Shown: positions 11,390 to 22,947 of the stretch, piece by piece
Numbering within the stretch: the first letter of the stretch is position 1
How the letters are laid out: the number at the start of each line of letters is the position of its first letter
NCBI GenBank assembly: GCA_001643675.2
Contig: LSRY02000018.1
Span: 558,001 to 622,000 of the forward strand
Length of the DNA stretch: 64,000 nt
Direction: 5' to 3'
Origin: Monocercomonoides exilis PA203
Lineage: Eukaryota > Protista > Preaxostyla
Notes under the pieces: model-generated
Databases searched by the model: none
Seen by the model: the letters and a program-made list of their open reading frames with translations, nothing else
Told to the model about the DNA's origin: nothing
Position numbers and translations under genes: made by a program

Positions 11390-12416
11390 GTGGTTTTTTT
11401 GTTGGAACATAATTTGAAAATTTTCTTTCACCAACAAACATTCAATATTAATAAACAGTAATTTGTATAGTTTCATATTAGCATATGTTACATCTTACCA
11501 AATACATATTTTTAATAATTGTGTTGTATAATTTTTGAAATAAATAATTTTTATTTTTGAAAATCTGACTTTTGATGAAATTTTCTATTTTAAAAAAACG
11601 AGTCGGCTTATCTTTTACGCATAAAACTTATTTTTTTCTATGTAGTAAACAATTCTGGTTATTTTTTATTTTCGGCAATTTGCTCGTTTGGACTGAATGG
11701 AAATTTGTCATTTTTGAGAAATCATTGTCAATGGGACAACTTAAAATATATTTTTTCATAAAATAAAGCAGCATCCAAGTGAATTTAACACATGCATTGA
11801 TTAATATAATAGTTATATAAAATCACCACAAAGTTATAATTAAAAATGATTCAGTGAAGATTTCATATATGAAATTTGTTTTAATAAAAGTGGATTTTTG
11901 AACTTCAATTTCATTGAAATTCGAATAATATTTATTTTGTGGAATCTTCACTGAATCATTTTTAATTATAACTTTGTGGTGATTTTATATAACTATTATA
12001 TTAATCAATGCATGTGTTAAATTCACTTGGATGCTGCTTTATTTTATGAAAAAATATATTTTAAGTTGTCCCATTGACAATGATTTCTCAAAAATGACAA
12101 ATTTCCATTCAGTCCAAACGAGCAAATTGCCGAAAATAAAAAATAACCAGAATTGTTTACTACATAGAAAAAAATAAGTTTTATGCGTAAAAGATAAGCC
12201 GACTCGTTTTTTTAAAATAGAAAATTTCATCAAAAGTCAGATTTTCAAAAATAAAAATTATTTATTTCAAAAATTATACAACACAATTATTAAAAATATG
12301 TATTTGGTAAGATGTAACATATGCTAATATGAAACTATACAAATTACTGTTAATTAATATTGAATGTTTGTTGAGATACTTGATTTTAAATTTCATTCCG
12401 GATAAAAAAACCATCC
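11390..12416. mobile_element. About 1-kb foldback element with about 430-bp near-identical inverted arms
   Basis: 11433-11861 is the reverse complement of about 11944-12373 (one mismatch noticed), with a spacer of about 80 bp. The right terminus CCGGATAAAAAAACCATCC resembles the terminus of the foldback ending at 60206. Confidence 0.85.
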
Positions 12417-12553
12417 TACAAATAAAATCACCAGCATTAAATTCTGAATTAAAAATTATGACTGAAATATCATCAAAACTCATTTCTCCCTCCAATATAT
12501 CCGTTGAGTGTAATTTAATAACGAAGCACAAAAACCAAAAAAATGTATTCAAC

Positions 12554-13978
12554 TCATAAACTGATGAAATATTCTTCAAAATTCGTGTATAATGCATTGA
12601 AGTAAAATCGTTCAAGATACATTAATATTTCTTGAAAGCTCGTTATGATGTCTTCAAATCCTTCTTCTTCTAACTTATCAAATATCTTTCTTTTTATCTT
12701 CTTCCATTCATCTTCGCTTTGTTCGTTGGTCGCTTTTATAATCAAATTGTGCGAAAGAGATGCAAAAAAGCCCAAACAACTTACAATTTTTCCATGTTCA
12801 AATGCTTGTTGACGTATTTCTTCAAAAACTATATCAATGGCTCCACTCTCAAGCATGATAGAAGAAGTAACTTTTCCTGTTTTTATCATCCCTTCAATAA
12901 GTTCAATGCAAAGTCCGAAAATTTCCTTCTGATTGTCCTTTGCTTCTCTGCAGATATTTACGATACATTGACAAAAGCCAATGGATTCTTCTTTTTGTGA
13001 ACTATGACAATACAAAAAGGTGTAAAGAGTTGAGATCCATCTCTTCAAAATCCACACGTCCTTAATATCTTTCCCTTTTTTACCTTTTCCCCTCCAATCC
13101 ACACGTCTTGCCAGATCCTCCATTTCTCCAATGGCTTCTCTCATAAAATGCAATTCAGTTAAAAATACGCTCGCAAGGCCTCTATCTTTATAGCTTCTAT
13201 CAATAAGAAATTTCCAAACTGATTGTCTAGCAAGATGAGTTAGATTACGATGTAACAGATGATGCTTGATAATTTCAATTATTTGAAGAAGGAATTGTAT
13301 ATTCTTCAAATACTGCTTTTTGAAAACGAAAAGGTATAAATCAACAGATTCAATACATAATATGAAACACAATAAACACACATTGCTTTCACTTATGTTA
13401 AATAACGCTAATAACGCAATCTCCACTTCTTTTTGTGTCTCTTCATTTTCCTCTTTTTGTAAAGCAACATTTAAAAGACAAGGAACGCACACTGCAAGCA
13501 ATTTTTCTGGAATGCTATACAAACCTTCACATAAAAATAGATAACATTCACAGAGATCAATCATCAGCCTTTCATTTTTCACTTTTTTACTCTCTTCAGC
13601 AAGAATCATCTTTTCAAATCTTATTCTAAATGATGAATATGCGAAGTTGGAGCTGCAAACTCCTTTCAACGTTTTATTGTATTCAGCATATTTCAACGAT
13701 AAAATTGCATCTTCTATCAACAATTTCTTTTCTTCAATCATTTTCTCGATTTCATTGAAAGTATTAATGGAGATTGCTGCTTCTAATTCCTCTTCATCCA
13801 TTTCTTCAATTAGTTCATTCATTTCTTCGATTTTCCTCTTTTGTTCTTCTCCTTTGCAACGTTTCAATTCAGAAAATATTTCTTGCCAAAAAACAGTTTT
13901 AAATAAGCATAAAATCCTTATTCTAAGCAAACGCATACCAGAAAACTTTTTCTTTAGAGATATTTCTTGAAGACACAA
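12554..13978 (-). CDS. Member of a lineage-expanded alpha-helical hypothetical protein family; start codon unresolved
   Basis: 474-codon open frame, paralogous to 17948-18885 (FSELKRC..EQ..KIEE; EETQKEVEIALLAL; LTHLAxQxxWKFL). Includes a 57-nt in-frame intron (13938-13882) and probably a second near 13320-13380. Confidence 0.7.
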   Translation of the reverse strand: MCLQEISLKKKFSGMRLLRIRILCLFKTVFWQEIFSELKRCKGEEQKRKIEEMNELIEEMDEEELEAAISINTFNEIEKMIEEKKLLIEDAILSLKYAEYNKTLKGVCSSNFAYSSFRIRFEKMILAEESKKVKNERLMIDLCECYLFLCEGLYSIPEKLLAVCVPCLLNVALQKEENEETQKEVEIALLALFNISESNVCLLCFILCIESVDLYLFVFKKQYLKNIQFLLQIIEIIKHHLLHRNLTHLARQSVWKFLIDRSYKDRGLASVFLTELHFMREAIGEMEDLARRVDWRGKGKKGKDIKDVWILKRWISTLYTFLYCHSSQKEESIGFCQCIVNICREAKDNQKEIFGLCIELIEGMIKTGKVTSSIMLESGAIDIVFEEIRQQAFEHGKIVSCLGFFASLSHNLIIKATNEQSEDEWKKIKRKIFDKLEEEGFEDIITSFQEILMYLERFYFNALYTNFEEYFISL

Positions 13979-14777
13979 CTTACTCTGCTGTTATTACAAT
14001 TTTGTGGATTAAGATTTATTATTTGAAAATTCGAAAAAAGACAATCACCATTCCTTTGAACAACTTATTATTTCAAAAAATAAAATATGTAACCTGCATT
14101 AGCTCTGAAAGCTTTTGCTTTCAAAATGCTGCAAATTCTGAATTTCAACGTTTTTCCCGCAAAATATTTTTTTTGTGGTTATTGCACGATCAGAAAATGT
14201 AATTAATTATCAATAATCTAATTATAATTCAAAATTTGTTAAAGGCTTCATTTTTTCTATTTCTTTTTTATTTCTTTCCTTTTGCATACATTTGAACTTG
14301 TTCAATTTGAGATTTGGTTCAATTTGAACGGAATTATTAGATGTTGAGCATTTTTCACATTTTTTTTTTGATCAAGAAATGGAACTTTCATTCTAATGAT
14401 TTCAAGCATTGAAAATGTTAAATTGTATTCATCAAAAAGATTTCTTTTTGAATTGATTTGATGAAACTTTTCATAAAAAAATTGCATTCTGTTAGCAAAT
14501 GATGGTTAAAAAAAAGTGAGTTGAAAATCAAATTATTTTGTAAAAATTTGGAATGTGATTTAACAGCGGACATATTTCAGCTATTATCACAGGAAATGAA
14601 CAACACCAAAAGCTTACATTCCGCTTGCAAACTTTCACTTTTTCGATCATTCTGGAGTTGATGATGCATGTGCTCAATATTTTTTATCAATATCAAATAT
14701 TTCAGAAGTGAAAACAATCATTTTTACTCTATGAAAATGTTGGAAAAATTCCATTTCAAGATGTGAAAGAGTGAATC

Positions 14778-15793
14778 TCATTTGAAACATTTTCGTGCCA
14801 TTGACAGACACACTGAAGGTTTGTAATAGAATGAACAAATTTTAATTGATATCTCGTCTCTCTCAATCTTCTTCCCCACCACCTCCCCTTCATACTCCCT
14901 AAGCGGGATCTCCAGTGTCAGACACTCCCACAGCATCATTCCGATCGAGAATGCCACCGACTCCTTGGTTGCTCCCATCTTCCTGTTCATCAGCAATTCT
15001 GGTGCCATCCACCTTAAGCACTCTTTCTTGTAATCATCCTCATCCTCGAATGCTGATGAGGGTAGAGAATCCTCCTCGTCATCGTCACTTTCAGATGTCA
15101 CAACAGTTGATGAAGAGATGGAGGATGAATCAGAATTATCATCTGACAAAAAGTCTGAGTGCATCACAATGCAGATGACCATGTGCTCAGAGAACAGAAT
15201 GATGTGAGGACTCAAATTGGCCAATGATTGAAGCTTGTTTTCCATTTCATCAAATGAGTGGAGGGCGAGATTAGCCACCCAGAACATGACCTGGGCAGCT
15301 GTTTGCTCCCTCTCCTGCAGAGTTCCAATTGCCATCTCCTTCTTCTCGTTCCTTCCATGTAGAAGCATGAAAAGCGAATCCCTCAAATCCACAATCAGCT
15401 TTTCATGAGGAGACGAACAGGCCATTGCATCCACCAGATTCGACATCGATGAGGTGGTTGGACACAGACTCTCTGATCGAACAAATGTTGTGTCTGTGTC
15501 TGATGTATCAGTTGTTGAAGTGGATGAAATGGATGGTGATGGCGATCTCTTTTGAATCTCTTCCTCGATATCCTTTTCATCAACCTTCTCCAGCATCCAT
15601 TCAGGTATCTTTTCTGAATCCTTTCCAAGAATGTATTCAGTGGAGCCACTCTCACTCAGCAAATGCTCTGATGATTCCGAATGTCCCAAGCTTTTCGCAT
15701 ACACTCTCTTCTTCATCCTCTCTTCATTTTTCTTCTCTGCCTCCCTCTCTTCCCTCTTCCATTGCTTTTCAGGTGTTATTTCCATCTTCGCCA
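14778..15793 (-). pseudogene. Fragment encoding a degenerate protein-kinase C-lobe (pseudokinase)
   Basis: LRWMAPELL...VAFSIGMMLWECLTLEIP corresponds to subdomains VIII-IX. The catalytic-loop position reads LANLSPHIILF. No DFG and no N-lobe glycine loop. Truncated at both ends. Confidence 0.7.
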
Positions 15794-17947
15794 TTTCAAT
15801 AAGCTTTTGATGCTTGAAAAAGTGAAATCTTTTTTTTCCTATTTGCCCAGCAATCTCTTGGATTTTTTTTGCTTTGCAACACAAAAAGCATATCAAAAGT
15901 TAACAGTGATACAAATGCACAAAAAAAAATTTCCATTGAAGCTCATCATTAAACACATATCCATGTTCATTTTCACACAACACTATAATATTTCTAACTT
16001 TTAACCAATCTTTGATAATCATCAACAAAAAGACTTTGCGTTCAAAAATGAAGCATCTTTATCTTTTCGATATATTTTAGAATAGAAAAAAATGGTATTT
16101 TGAATCTTCTCTTCATATCCCAATTATAAAGATTGCAAATATCTCCATTCCTTTGTTACACTTCAACCATTTCACGAACAAAACTTCTTTTTTTGATGAA
16201 AAAAAATTTAGCTCTTTTATCAAAAACAAAAATGATTGCCCAAATGATAAAGTCAATTTGCAGGACAACTTGATAACGAATTACAACCATATCAAAATGG
16301 CACGTGCCATCCAAATAAAGTTGTTTTCTGCTGTTTTTTTTCAAATTATAAATCTGAGATGCATTTGTTTTTGAATCTTTAGTGTTTCTATTTACTATTG
16401 AAAAAATAATTAGTAATGAATTTTTGTCAATCTTTTGTTGAAATGAACTTTTTCATGAAAAGTTTAATTCTCTGAGCCTCATTCCCACTCATTAATCGAT
16501 TGAAAATGAAGAATCCGGATGATAACTTTTCCCACTGTTGATTTGGATCCTCGCATGACAAAAAAAGTTTGCTCAGAAAAGCCACACAATTTAAAACGAT
16601 AAAGGAAAAATGATTCATCAAAAACTGTTGGAAACAAAAACGAAGGAGTTGTCCAATTGTTATCATTCATGAAAGGATGTCAAATTGTGCCAAACTTTTT
16701 TTGAACAGTCGAATGATTTGCCAAAAGCAGATTTCAATTTGGAGAAGGGAATGTTCATCTTTTGGAAAGAACAGAAATGCATAATCACATTTATTGGCTA
16801 TGCTGACCGAAGCACATAAGCAGCTGAGATGAAATGGAAAAACTTTGGCATTGTTTTGTTGGAAATGTCATGAATGAAGTTTGAAAAGAAATTGAAGTCA
16901 AAATTGTATGTTTTTTAAATCGCTCTTGAGAATGTGTTGAAATGGTAGATGCTTGTTTCCGTTAGAGTTTTTAAAATAGCTGAATGAAGATAATCCATCA
17001 TTTTCTGTTGATAATATGTAAAATGCACTTCTGGCAAGAAGATAACAAGACGAAAAATCATTATATTGATTGAACATATATTCTATTTCAACTCCGTTAC
17101 TGATTTCTTTCTCCTCTGAAATTTTTTTCTTTTACAAATGAACAGTGAAAGATGCTTTCAGTCTTTTTCTTTGTGAAATTTTTAACAATCCTTCTTTTTC
17201 TTTTTTCAAACTGCTGTTCAATTATTTGTAGAAATTTTTTTCTTTTTCGTTCTCCATATTCTTTATTTTCATCCTTATATTTTTCAAAAATATTCAATTT
17301 CATCACCTATTTCTGTGAAACGAGTGAAGTTGCAACAAATGCGCATGCGCTTTTGCATGCCATTTTATGTTCAATGTCTAGCTCTCTTCTTTGATTTGTT
17401 TATCCTTATAGAAAGTCCAACGGAAAAAATTTTGAAATTTGATTACTGGAATTCAAAGAAGATAATTGATAAAAATTTGTTTACCACATGCAGAACAATA
17501 AAAGGTTTTTATTCTCAAACATACTAATTCAAAAAAGAAAAAAATACTCCAGATTTTCAAATTATCAAAAAAAAGTAGACTATCTGATAAATATGAATAG
17601 AATAATAATTTTATTAACGAATTCAAACATTTATAAAAGCTTTTCAAACATTTTAGTGATAAACAAACATTATTTCTTTCTTATGTGCAAATCAATATTA
17701 ATTTCAAATTAAATGTTTTGATCATTGTGTACATATCTTCATTACAAAAAGAATAAATAATTGTTTTCCATTCTTATATCTTTTCAAAAATTCTCATGCG
17801 CAAGATGATGGTGTGTTTGCAAATATTTCTATGGTTTATTTAAATTTTGATTTTTTGTCAATGCCTTCTTTCCAAAAAATTGAACATTTTATATGAATGA
17901 TTAAAATCTGGGTGTATTCTGGTCACCATGTTTAAAAAATGAAGGAG

Positions 17948-18885
17948 ATGACTGCCTTAGAAAAATTTTCCAGTTTGAAGTCATTCCAATAGCATTCTTA
18001 ATTATTGCTAATTTGTTTCATTTCTTTTCTTTTTGAAGAATTATTTTCTGAGCTAAAACGTTGTGAAAAAGATGAACAAACGCAGAAGATCGAAGAAATA
18101 AATTGGATGATGGAAAACATGGAAAGAAAAACATTTGAATCAGCTTTATCAAGAAATGTTTTCGATGAATTAGAAAAAATGATGAAAAAAAGGAAATTTC
18201 AATTGAAAATGCAATTTGGTTGCTGAAGCGCATTGGATATTTAAAAATTATCAAAAGAATTCCAGATTTTCTATTTGACTGTTTTTTGCTCAACGAAAGA
18301 ATTGAAAGGATGATTTTGGAAGAAGAAAAGAAAAAAGATGAAAAGAATGAGAAGCTTTTGATTGATCTTTGCGAATACTATCTATTGAGCAAAGAGTGTT
18401 CTTTCCCAGAAAATATAATAAGTGTTTGTACGCGTTGTCTTCTGGATTTTGCATTAAGGAAAAAGGTAAACGAGGAGACAAAAGAAGAAGTGGAACTGGC
18501 TTTGCTTGCATCAAGCAATGTTAAATGCTGCATATGAACATTTTTATTCCCTTTAAAATTTTGCTGATTTTTTTTCCCTGTTTTTTTTCAGAAGATGGAT
18601 AAAGAATTGTATTTTAATGAGATTAAAGAAATTATCTTGTATCATCAGAAACATCACATTCTTACGCATCTTGCTTATCAGTGTGCATGGAAGTTTTTGA
18701 CAGACATTTTTGACCATGACAAAAGCTTGGCAGCTGTAATCGTGAATGAGCTTCAATTTTTCCGAGAGGCGATTAGAGAAATGGAAGAACTGGCAAAGAA
18801 TATTCATTGGAAGATAGAAAATGAAGAGGAAAATGAAGAGATGAAAGAAGAGGAAGAGGATGATTCTTATATTGCATCTTCATGA
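17948..18885 (+). pseudogene. Frameshifted, 3'-truncated paralog of the 12554-13978 gene
   Basis: MTALEKFS, then intron 17973-18038, then KLFSELKRC. Frameshift in the A-run near 18190. Similarity ends near 18850. Confidence 0.75.
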
Positions 18886-19202
18886 GATTTTGATTTCTCT
18901 TCATTCTTTTCATCAGCTCTCTATGCATCTTTTCCCATCTTCCACTGATTTTTCTAAAAATCAAATACGCTCTATGGTTTTTGCAAGATCACACCAAAGT
19001 CCTCCATTTTTCCATTTTCACCTTGCGAATGTTCTTTTCAAACCGACTCCATTTGCACTAGCATCGCTTTAACGAGATGACTTCCGAATCCATTAGTTGA
19101 AACGGAATCTTTCGCTTTCGCTGAGCCTTTTCCAGTTTCACTTCAAAGAAAGATATCCCTCCCTGTTCAATTGTTAACGTGACATATCATGTCCACTCTT
19201 AT

Positions 19203-19237
<35 letters not shown>

Positions 19238-19429
19238 GATGTTTGAAGAGAATGCGTTTAAAGAATAAGATGCATTTCATATTCTGAACGAGTCATTTGA
19301 AAAAAATTACGTTATTCCAGAGGCTTTAAAGAGAAGAGAAGGAGGCAAGTGTCGAGCAATCATCACATTATCATCAGCTCCTTCAATCGTTCATATTATT
19401 AACTCTATATTGGAAATTTCATTTATGAA

Positions 19430-20030
19430 GGGAACAGAGAAGGAAGTCATTGAGAGCAGCTGCAGATTGTGATGCCTGACGTTGCTGGGGTGAATGAGTG
19501 GCACATGCTGCTATCTCCGCTGGTGCAACAGAGGTTGCTGGGATATGTTGTTGTGCAGCACGATATGATGAATAAGAGTGTTGCACATATGCGCGATGAG
19601 GAGCTTTCAACGATGCTTTCAGTTCCACTTGTTGCGTCTTTTCCTTCGCTCGCGGTGTCAGTGGGCATGAGGTCGTTGCGCAAGTGTATTTTTGCGAGGG
19701 AGAGTGCGAACGTTCATTCTTCAATCAATGACGTGCTTGATTCTTCGCTTATGCCTTGGCTGATGATGATCCAATCAATGCAGAAAAAGTGTGTGGTGGA
19801 GTTGAATTTCTATAAAGTCGAATGGAGATGGGTTGACTTGTGCAATATGGGAAAGACTGTGGAGAAGGTGATGGAGGAGGAAAGTTAGAGGATATAAAAT
19901 GCAGTTCTTTTGTCAGTTGCGCTTGAGGAGCAACAAGACACAGAAAATGAGGAGGAAGAGAAGGAAGATGAAAATAATGAAGAAGAAGAAGAAGAAGCTA
20001 TTGATAATGGAAATGAAGTAACAAATAAAA
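19430..20030 (+). pseudogene. Orphan repeated domain, copy 1
   Basis: MLSVPLVASFPSLAVSV...IFARESANVHSSINDVLDSS...GKTVEKVMEEES aligns by eye with the copies at 34.9, 40.8 and 54.3 kb. Confidence 0.65.
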
Positions 20031-20627
20031 CATTCTATGAGGGTGATTAATCTTTTTCTTCCTTCCTTAAAATCATCCATTCTGTCCATTCTCTCTTCCT
20101 CCCTTTTCAACTCGCTGCTTCCAACTTCTTCTTGCAGCTACTATCTTTGCATTGAATTTTGCAGTTTTGTATTTTGTTATATTGAGAGATGCTTGATGAA
20201 ACACAATTTTTTATCAAAAAAGAATATTCAAGATTTTTTTATTTCAAAAATGAAAGAATAATTATAATAAAAACAAAATTTCGAATACGATTTTGTCTTT
20301 TCTTATTTCTGTATCAAAGGCATTGCCTCACATTGTTAATTTTTTAAGGTTATATCACTGTTTTTGTCAAATAAAAAAGATTTAAGAAAACACACAATAT
20401 TTCATAAAATAGAAACTTAATGAAAAAAAAAATTGAGGCATTTGAATTAAACTGTTTCTGTTTGATGAGAAATGAAAATGAACAAATGGGGAGAAATTTT
20501 TGGCATTTTGAAAAAAACAGAGATTGTTCTGAACTTTTTCTGCAATAATATCATCATAAAATTTTTATCACATGCAAAATAATACAGAAAAATTCAAAAA
20601 TTGAGAAAAATGTTTGATAATATTGCG

Positions 20628-20751
20628 TGGAACAAAATTCATAAATCAAAATGAATTGTCCCAAACTTTAAAATTGATCGATACCCATTATATATTTTTT
20701 CCTTCAAATAGTATTTGGGACGATATTTTTTGCTTAATGAATTTTGTTCCA
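20628..20751. repeat. Imperfect palindrome (MITE-like core)
   Basis: TGGAACAAAATTCAT..GTCCCAAA / TTTGGGAC..ATGAATTTTGTTCCA. Related motifs near 8930-9250. Confidence 0.55.
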
Positions 20752-22282
20752 TTCAGAGTTTCCGAATAAAATTTTCATTTTTTTAAAATTTTTTTTTACA
20801 TTTTTGTGTGAGAATGTTTGACTTGTTATGGTTTGAAAGTGGAAAAAGTCCGGAACAAATCGTTGTTTTTTTCATAAATGAAAGAATTATGCTCCATTGA
20901 TAATAAAAATGGAAGAATCGCCGCATGAAAATAATTTCTATAACATATGAAAAACATATGGAAATGTTGAGCGTATCCAATTATTTGAGATCACATTTTC
21001 ATAGAAGTGATATCTTACCAATAAAGCAATTATCCTATCTAATTTATTCGGAATTTGCTTCTTTGTTTGAGGAGTCGGAGTTATTATCTCAGTAATTTTT
21101 GTTAAAGATTAAACATCTGCGTCACCTTGAAATTGGTGCGGTCTCGTCAGTCAGTACCCGTCACTGTTTTTTTTTTTTTTTTTTTTTTCAGAAACAAACT
21201 ATTTTTTTAAATAATGCTTGAAAATGGATTAAACACTTTCCAATTATTCAAAATTTGATAAACAAAAATTCCATCTAAATTTACAATCAAGAAACCTTAA
21301 TTAATTATTTATTTATTTAAATGGTATTTTTCACTTTGACAGAAGTCATATCATTTTATGAATATTCACATCAAGATTATCCTATTTTCTTTAAAATGTT
21401 TTTGAAGCTTTATTTTCTGTGTCTTATTTTTATAATTATTCTTTATATAAAATCTTTAAACCTAAGTGATTAAACATGTTCAATATGTTTTTTCTTCAAC
21501 AGACATAATTATCATGATTTAATTATTGCCTTTTTGCAATTCTCATAAAACAATTTTATCCTTTCAATTTAACAATTGTTTTTTGAAGCAAAAAAAAATA
21601 TTTGACATGTTGTTCGCTATATTATCGACATGAGTGAATTATTATCTATGAATATGAAATGAAATACTTTATTATGAATATGCTAAAAAACAATCTGATT
21701 TGAATTAAAAGTTCATAACAATTTAAGTCTTTTATGTATTTTTTTTTTGTTTTTTCATTTAATAGTTGCTCTGCTCCTTAATGATGGTTTTTTCTTTGTA
21801 CAAATAAAAAGATAGTGAACGTCACAGCTATTCGCATGACTTTTTTGGTTTTCTTCATCCCTTTTTTTATTCATATTTTGCTTTAAATTTATCTTCTTCT
21901 GTTTTTTCTTTCTCCTCTTCTCCTTCTTCTCCTTCTCCTTGTATCGATATAACTTCATCCAATTATTCATCTTCCATCAACTCATTTCAAATACTTCTTA
22001 AATATTCTTCTTTTTTTCTTCTTCCATCAAAATATTTGCATTTCTTTCTTTTTTCTCTCTTCTTCTTCTTCTTCTTCTTTCACCTCCAGCATTTGAAAAA
22101 TGTTGCATGAAGTTTATCAAAAGAATTGGAAGAGCTGACAGCTGAGCCATGAAGGATGGAGCAAAGTGTGTCGGCTGCTAAAAAAAGGCTGCTGTCGAGA
22201 TAGCACCAGCAACATGTTTGTGACAAATTAATTGTCTTTCTTTATTTCTTTTCTAACTCTTCCATGTCTTGTTTATTTTCTC

Positions 22283-22368
22283 CTTCTCTCTTTCTCTTTC
22301 TCTTTCTCTTTCTCTTTCTCTTTCTCTTTCTCTTTCTCTTTCTCTTTCTCTTTCTCTTTCTCTCTCTC
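22283..22368 (+). repeat. (CTCTTT)n microsatellite
   Basis: Direct tandem hexamer repeat. Confidence 0.9.
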
Positions 22369-22947
22369 CCTATATAAATATATATAAATATATATATATT
22401 CTTTCTCTCTCTTTTCCCAATTTGATTCCCATTTCTTTGTATTTGTGTCAATTCAGAACAAAGTGTGTGCAAGTTTATTTATTCAAATCAGTTTCAATGC
22501 ATAACACTTTTCTTTGCAATTATTTGTTGATTTCTCTTCTCTATTATAATATTTTCTTCCATATTTCTATTTCTCTTTTCTTTCTTCTCTTCTCTCTTCT
22601 CCATCTTCTCTTCTCTATCTTTTTCATCTCCTTTTCCTTTTCCTCTTCCTCTTCATCTTCATCTTTTCCTTCTTTTTCTCCTCATCCCCAACTACACCCA
22701 GCGCATTGCCACTGCCCTCCGCCCTCTCCACCTCTCCAGCTCCACCGCTACTCCTGTTTCTGGTGTGAATTGCGTTCCTCCTCCGCCTCCTCTTCCGCCG
22801 CGTGATTTTGTTCCTTCCGCGCCTTCACGGACAGAGCATGGATAGAGGATAGAGGATAGAGGGAAAGGGAAAGGGAAATGGAAAGGGAAGAAGGTGAAGA
22901 AGGAGGAAGAAGAGGAAGAGTAAGAAGAAAATGAAGATGACTTTATT

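Noticed and set aside
11572-12233. Two identical 64-aa ORFs on opposite strands
   Set aside because: A by-product of the palindrome arms, with a non-ATG start and no coding features.
16150-17100. Possible further transposase remnant (CGFSEQTF, loosely similar to hAT SERxFS)
   Set aside because: A single weak motif; no other catalytic motifs could be placed.
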